A DNA stretch of 64,000 nucleotides from NCBI GenBank assembly GCA_951406725.2, contig OX597840.1:27528001-27592000 (forward strand), in the 5' to 3' direction. The notes under the pieces were generated by a model. It did not search any database and was not told the DNA's origin. It was given only the letters and a program-made list of their open reading frames with translations. The first letter of the stretch is position 1, and each line of letters begins with the position of its first letter. Position numbers and translations under genes: made by a program. This DNA is from Octopus vulgaris. Taxonomy: Eukaryota. This document shows positions 57,532 through 64,000 of this stretch, piece after piece.

Positions 57532-57926
57532 TCCTTATATATAAAAGAGAGGTTGTGTGTCTGTCTCCTACGATTTAGATTCCTAACTACTCCCACATTT
57601 TGCGGTGCAGTTTAACCAAAACCGGGTATCTTATAGTCGTGATTCATATCGAGCCCTTCTGGGTATTAGCGCGCGTCTACAATGAGTTTATGATTAAAAA
57701 AAAAATTACCATAATTTTTTTCCATTTTAATGCATTTCTTTCGCTATTATATAAGGGAGGTAACTCTCTAAAAATATCTACGATTAGTCAACGATTTAAA
57801 AAAAATTACCATCATTTTTTTTCCATTTTTAATGTATTTTTTGCTATTTTTTGGCTATAACTCTCTAAAAATGCTTATATAGTTATTTCCCTTACAAACC
57901 CGAGCAACGCCGGGCGATACTGCTAG
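57532..57926 (+). mobile_element. non-autonomous Helitron
   Basis: Inserted at A|T. 5' TCCTTATATATAAAAG; 3' GC-rich hairpin CCCGAGC-AAC-GCCGGG (57899-57914) followed by CTAG. Internal ~95-bp duplication. Confidence 0.85.
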
Positions 57927-57933
57927 TATATAT

Positions 57934-57974
<41 letters not shown>

Positions 57975-58459
57975 AAGGTGTATGTACGCCGCTATATATA
58001 TATATATATATATAAAATACAAAATGGGACAAGGATTGAAAAACACGATGTTACACGAATATAAATACAAAATACAATAAAAATATAATAAAATATTCCC
58101 CTCCGTGTCACATGTCCCGGCAATGCTGTTTATGGAAGCCCAGCAGTCACCCATGCATACCAGCATCCACACTCCACGGTACCGATGTTATCCAAGGGAA
58201 AGGCAAAGGGACCGATACAGCTTGGCACCTGTGACGTTGCAACTCATTTCTACAACTGAGTAAAACTGAAGCAACGTGAAATGAAGTGTCTTGTTCAAGA
58301 ACACAACGCACCATCCGGTCCGTGAATCGAACTTACTACCTCGTGATTGTGAGCCCGGCTCCCTAACCACTGAGCCATGTGTCGGACGGTAGAGTGTAAT
58401 TTAAGGGACTTTGGTATGTCCAGTTGGTCAAGCGTTTTGCTGTTGGTATTTCAATCGTT

Positions 58460-59605
58460 CAAGTTGTTGTTGTTGTTGGTGGTGGTGATGGTAACGCTGA
58501 TGGTTTTGGCCTAGTGGTATTAGTGGTGGTGGTGGTGGTGGTGGTAGCTGGTGGTGGTGTGGTGTGGATGGTCACGATGTTGTTGCTGTTGTCGGAGGTG
58601 ATGGTGGTGGTGTTGGTATTGGTGTTGGCTGTGGTGATGGTGGTTGTGGCGATGGTTGTGGTGGTGGCGGTGGTGGTTGTATTGGCACAAATAAAACGGT
58701 TGTCAAGCAAATTTCATTGACAACACACGTGTTTGACAGGCGTAGTGACACCTTTTGTTAGAGACAAACATTATCACCTGACCACCGCCGTCACCCCCAC
58801 ACCACCACCACCACCACCACCACCACAACCACCACTACTACTACTACAACTACTACTACTACACCACCATCTCCGCCACCACCACTACCACCACTAATAC
58901 AACTACTACTACTACACCACCATCTCCGCCACCACCACTACCACCTTTACCAAAGCCAACACCACCAACTCGTTATTATCACCACCACTATACCACTACC
59001 ACGACCATCATCACCATGACCACTGCTATTGCCATCATAACAACCAATAACATCACCATCACCACCATCTCATCATCATCGGCAAAAAACACCATTGCCA
59101 CCATCACTACGACAATAACTAAAAGCAGTACCACTACCACCATCACCGCCCAACACCACCACCGCCACCACTACCACCTCTGCCATCAGTTGTACTGTGA
59201 GACACTACTACTATCACCGCAACAATTATTATCACCAAAACGATAAACAAAACTATACCAAAAAAACAACAAAAAAAAAACAAATAGAAACACAACGAAC
59301 AATACCACCACCACCACCACCGTCACCACCACCACCACCGTCACCACCACCACCACCGTCACCACCACCACCACCGTCACCACCACTACCACCACCACCA
59401 CCACCGTCACCACCACTACCACCACAACCACCACTACCACACAACCACCACTACCACCACCGTCACCACCACTACCACCACTACCACCATCACCACCACC
59501 ACCGCCACTGTCACCACCACTACCACCACAACCACCACCACCACCGTCACCACCACCACCACCACCACCGTCACCACCACCACCACCACTACCACCACCA
59601 CCAAC
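58460..59605. repeat. opposed (TGG)n and (CCA)n tracts around a 100-bp unique core
   Basis: (TGG)-rich 58460-58680, unique 58681-58785, (CCA)-rich 58786-59605. Confidence 0.9.
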
Positions 59606-60224
59606 AAGAACAACACCTCCCCCTTCGCCCGCACACACCTGCGCACAAAACCCACCCCCCAACCGCCCTTCTTCTAAAGGCCACCCTTCCTCCATCCAGG
59701 AGTGTCTTAATCTGGCGTCTTTATAAGCAATCTCCTTCGATCGATCGCGTATCGCCTTGACACGTCGGATTTCACCACCACCACCACCACCACCACCACC
59801 ACCTCCACCACCACCGGCACCACCACATCCACCACCACCACCTCCACCACCACCGGCACCACCACATCCACCACCACCGCCGTGTGTATGTTGGTAAATC
59901 CAGCTCGGCTATAATGCACACGGCGTGAGGAATAGGGGTTGATGGTGTAGGTGGGGGTGAAGATGGTGCTGTGGCCCGGGGTGGGGTGGACGAAGATGGT
60001 GGTGGTGGTGGTGGTGGTGGTGGTGATTGCTGTGGGTGGCGGGGCCGGTGGAATGGAGGAGAGAGAGAGGGAGGGAGAGAGAGAGAAGAGAGAGAAGGTG
60101 GTTCTGAAAGGTGAAATAAAATGGACGGGCGGCCCACATAAAGAGGATTCCGATCGACTCACAAACCTGCACACACACACACACACACACAAAAAAACAC
60201 ACACACACACATACACACACACAA

Positions 60225-60255
<31 letters not shown>

Positions 60256-60589
60256 AACACACATACAAACACACACACACACATACATACACATACATGC
60301 ATGCACACACACACACACACATACACACACATACATACATACATACACTCACACATACACACACACACACATACATACACACACATGCATGCACACACAC
60401 ACTGACGTATTGACGTACGAAGCATGAAATTAAGCCCTTTAACCACACAAACACACACACAAACACACACACACACACACATACACGCACATAGGCACAC
60501 ATGCCTATGCATATGCACACACACAATCGTACACACTCACACACACACAGGACATCTAATTAAGCCATTAACACAAACATATACACCCT

Positions 60590-60633
<44 letters not shown>

Positions 60634-61699
60634 AGCACACGTGTACGCATACATGCTCGTACGCATATACAGGACATAAAGTTAAGCCCTTAGTATACAC
60701 ACATATATACACATTCATACACACATACACGCACACACATACACACACACAAACACATACATACACACACATAGGCACACATACCCATGCACACATGCAC
60801 ACATGCACACACACACATGCACAAATGCACACACACACACATACACACATGCACACACACACATACACACATGCACACACACACATACACACATGCACAC
60901 ACACACACACATACGCACATGCATACACACATACACAAACGCACATACATACATGCACACACACACATACACACATGTACACACGCACATACACACATGC
61001 ACACACACATACACACATACACACGCACATACACACATGTACACACACACACATACACACATGCACACACACACACACACATACAGCACATTAAATTAAA
61101 CCCTTAACCCACACAGACATACATACACACCATATTTACCACCACCACTACAACCACCACCGCCACCTACAACCACCACCGCCGCCACCACCACCACCAC
61201 CGCCACCACCACAAAGCAGCAATACAAAGGGGTTTATCGCGAAAACCCACACAAACGTTTTTTTAAGTGGCAGTTGGGATTAAATTGATGATAACAGTGG
61301 TTGTTGTTGCTGTTGTTGTTGCTGTTGTAGGCTTCGGACGGACGGAAATAGCCTTTGTTAGCAATGATGACGATGATGACGATGATAATAATGATGAGTG
61401 TGGTGGTGGCGGTGGAGGTGATGAAGAGACCGTATCAATAATAATAACGATGTTTTTTAATTTAGGCACAAGGCCATCTATTACTGAAAAAAAAAAAAGA
61501 AGTTTATTCGAGGTCGTCGACCCCAGGAATTTGACAGCTACTTTATTTTAACGATCTTGGAGGAATGAAACGCAAAATTGACCCCCGGCAGGATTTGAAC
61601 ACTGACCGTCAAGTCTCTGAAGAAATGTGGCGAAGCATTTTATCTGACACGCTTACGATTCTGCCGTCTCGCAGGCTTAGTAATCTTTACTTCTCTAGG

Positions 61700-62205
61700 C
61701 ACAGGCCTGAAATGTTGGGGTAGTGGGGGTGGGGGACAGTCGATTACATCGACCCCAGTGCGCAACTGGTACTTCATTTATCGACGCCGAAAGGATGAAA
61801 GGCAAAGTCGACCTCGGCGGAATTTGAACTCAGAACGTAAAGACAGAGGAAATACCACTAAGCAATTCGCCCGGCGTGCTAACGATTCTTATTTCTTTAT
61901 TGACCACATTGCCCACAAGGGGCTAAACACAGAGGGGACAAACAAGGACAAACAAGGACAAACAGATTAAGTCGATTATATCGACCCAAGAGCGTAACTG
62001 GTACTTAATTTATCGACCCCGAAAGGATGAAAGGCAAAGTCGACCTCGGCGGAATTTGAACTCAGAACATAAAGACAGGTGAAATACCTATTTCTTTACT
62101 ACCCACAAGGGATTAAACACAGAGAGGACAAACAAGGACAGACAAACGGATTAAGTCGATTATATCGACTCCAGTGCGTAACTGGTACTTAATTTATCGA
62201 CCCCG
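61700..62205 (-). mobile_element. SINE-B trimer
   Basis: Three consecutive units with junctions near 61888 and 62088. Confidence 0.85.
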
Positions 62206-62411
62206 GAACATGATCTTTAGATAATTCCCGATCACACCGTTTACAAGACTCTATTCACGAATTAACACGCGACAAATGCTAGAAATTTCAAGAAATACTT
62301 TCTCTAAAATGATTTTTGTCTCATCCATTGTTTTATTCGGTTAAACGCTTTAATAACTGAGCTACAATGTAGTATGCGTATCATAAAAGGAGGTGAACGC
62401 ACCTTACTGTA

Positions 62412-62717
62412 GTGATTACCGTGACCGACAAGGCTATCAGATGTTGCTACACATCGCTGGTCACAATGCGCTTCGCATTGTTTTAGCCTTCAAATGACGC
62501 CACCCGGCTGGCTAAGGGAGCAGGCCAACAGAAGAAAGAGTGAGAGAAAGTTGTGGCGAAAGAGTACCGCAGGGATTGCCACCACCCCCTGCCAGAGCCT
62601 CGAGGAGCTTTAGGTGTTTTCACTCAATAAACACTCACAACGCCCGGTCTGGGAATCGAAACCGCGATCCTACGACCGCGAGTCCTCTGCTCTAACCTCT
62701 GGGCCATTGCTCCTCCA
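62412..62717 (-). mobile_element. tRNA-derived SINE family E
   Basis: Minus-strand head GGAGGAGCAATGGCCCAGAGG...GGTTTCGATTCCC. 5' part also at 55660-55821(-) and 3' part at 46858-46970(+). Confidence 0.78.
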
Positions 62718-63243
62718 CGTGTATCATATAAGAATCTCACACCCCACGCTTCATATCTTCATACAACAGTTCTACTGCTTAAGAGTTACACAGGCTTTGT
62801 GTCATAAGGACATTTTCGAGAGAACAAAATACTGGCAGAGAAAACTTCTGCAAGAATTAACTTTTGTTTAAAAAGGTTTTTAGATACATTCCGTCATGTT
62901 TTTCCTTCTATTTATTTTAATCCTGTCCAATGTTATTTCATTTAACACGAAAAGTATTTCCATTAATATTTATTGGTTTTCTTTTCCGCAAACATCGGAG
63001 CGCGAAACGCTCCTCATGAACGTAGGTTCGTGAGATGGTTGTGATCTGTATACAGTTTTGAGTAGAAACCAGAAAGAGAAGTATGAACACGCAATGTGTA
63101 AGTGCACACTGAATTCGCAAGACGGAAGAGAAAAATAAAAACGCAATGCGCATGTCAAAATAAAAGGGAAGAGAAGAATAGTCTCGGTCCGACCAAATCC
63201 TTGTTAGTGGATTTGGTAAACGGACACTGAAAAGAAGCCCATC

Positions 63244-63325
<82 letters not shown>

Positions 63326-64000
63326 GTATGTGTCTATGTCTGTGTTTGTCCCCATCACCCCCATCTAGCTGTTCTTTCTAGCGTGTTTGAATCCCATGAA
63401 TGAATTCCTTCTGTGTTTAAATGTACACTGTATTTTACACACACACACACACACACATACACACACACACAAACATATATATATATATATATATATAGAT
63501 AGATATATAACCCACTGCATACTTATACATTTAAGAATATATATGCACATACGCATATACATACACCACACACAGACACGTGTGTGTATGTGTGTTTGTT
63601 GCTTGTTACGAAAACCAAATAAGTTATCCAATACGTATCCTAGAATAAAATCCTATTTATTTAGCTGAAGACGTCCATCTTTTCTTAAGATTCTCATTTA
63701 CTCGCCAACTCAAACGACGGCGTTTAAGTATTGTAATGAAATATTCCTTTGTCCAAGATAACCCTCACGGTTTCGATATCTCATTGGCTGAATCAGACCA
63801 CGTGACTCACTCATAACTTTTGCTAACCATTCAACCTCATATCAAATATTTTTCGTATGAAGAAGCAATTATTTATATACACATAAATGCACACTCATAC
63901 AAACACACAAACGTACTCACACATGCATATACATACATGTACATATAGAGACACACACACACGGCCACGTACATGCGAATATACATACACTTACGTACAT

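Noticed and set aside
62938-63158. Unique-sequence ORFs as the missing NK2.1 first exon
   Set aside because: No TN/eh1 (FSVxDIL) or WY..DPRF motif in the frames I examined.

Overview
Repeat-dense animal genomic DNA. The microsatellite load and SINE families resemble an octopus/coleoid cephalopod (inference). The only host protein-coding gene I can support is a minus-strand NK2.1 (NKX2-1/2-4/scarecrow class) homeobox gene. Its coding exons are 42265-42524 and 30315-30863, joined by an 11.4-kb phase-0 intron inside homeodomain helix 3. A candidate 48-nt phase-1 micro-exon lies at 47220-47267. The N-terminal TN/eh1 exon was not found and probably lies beyond position 64000. Nearly all other ORFs in the track are microsatellite translations. 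The remainder is at least five tRNA-derived SINE families, R4/Dong-like LINE 3' ends and a 556-bp non-coding element (both sitting in (TAA)n), a compound CR1/L2-like insertion, a non-autonomous Helitron, Penelope-like inverted ends with hammerhead-like motifs, and a decayed Tc1-like transposase. Most unusual: (1) a ~395-bp duplicated cassette (12179-12574 / 13765-14155) whose copies differ almost only by indels and short replaced blocks; (2) a fold-back retroposon with long TSDs whose two arms are homogenised within each copy, one copy ~100 bp from the NK2.1 terminal acceptor; (3) SINE multimers with recurrent fixed junctions and A/B higher-order structure; (4) the candidate micro-exon; (5) short motif-dense unique islands between microsatellites that look like NK2.1 enhancers. 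All alignments and counts were done by eye.
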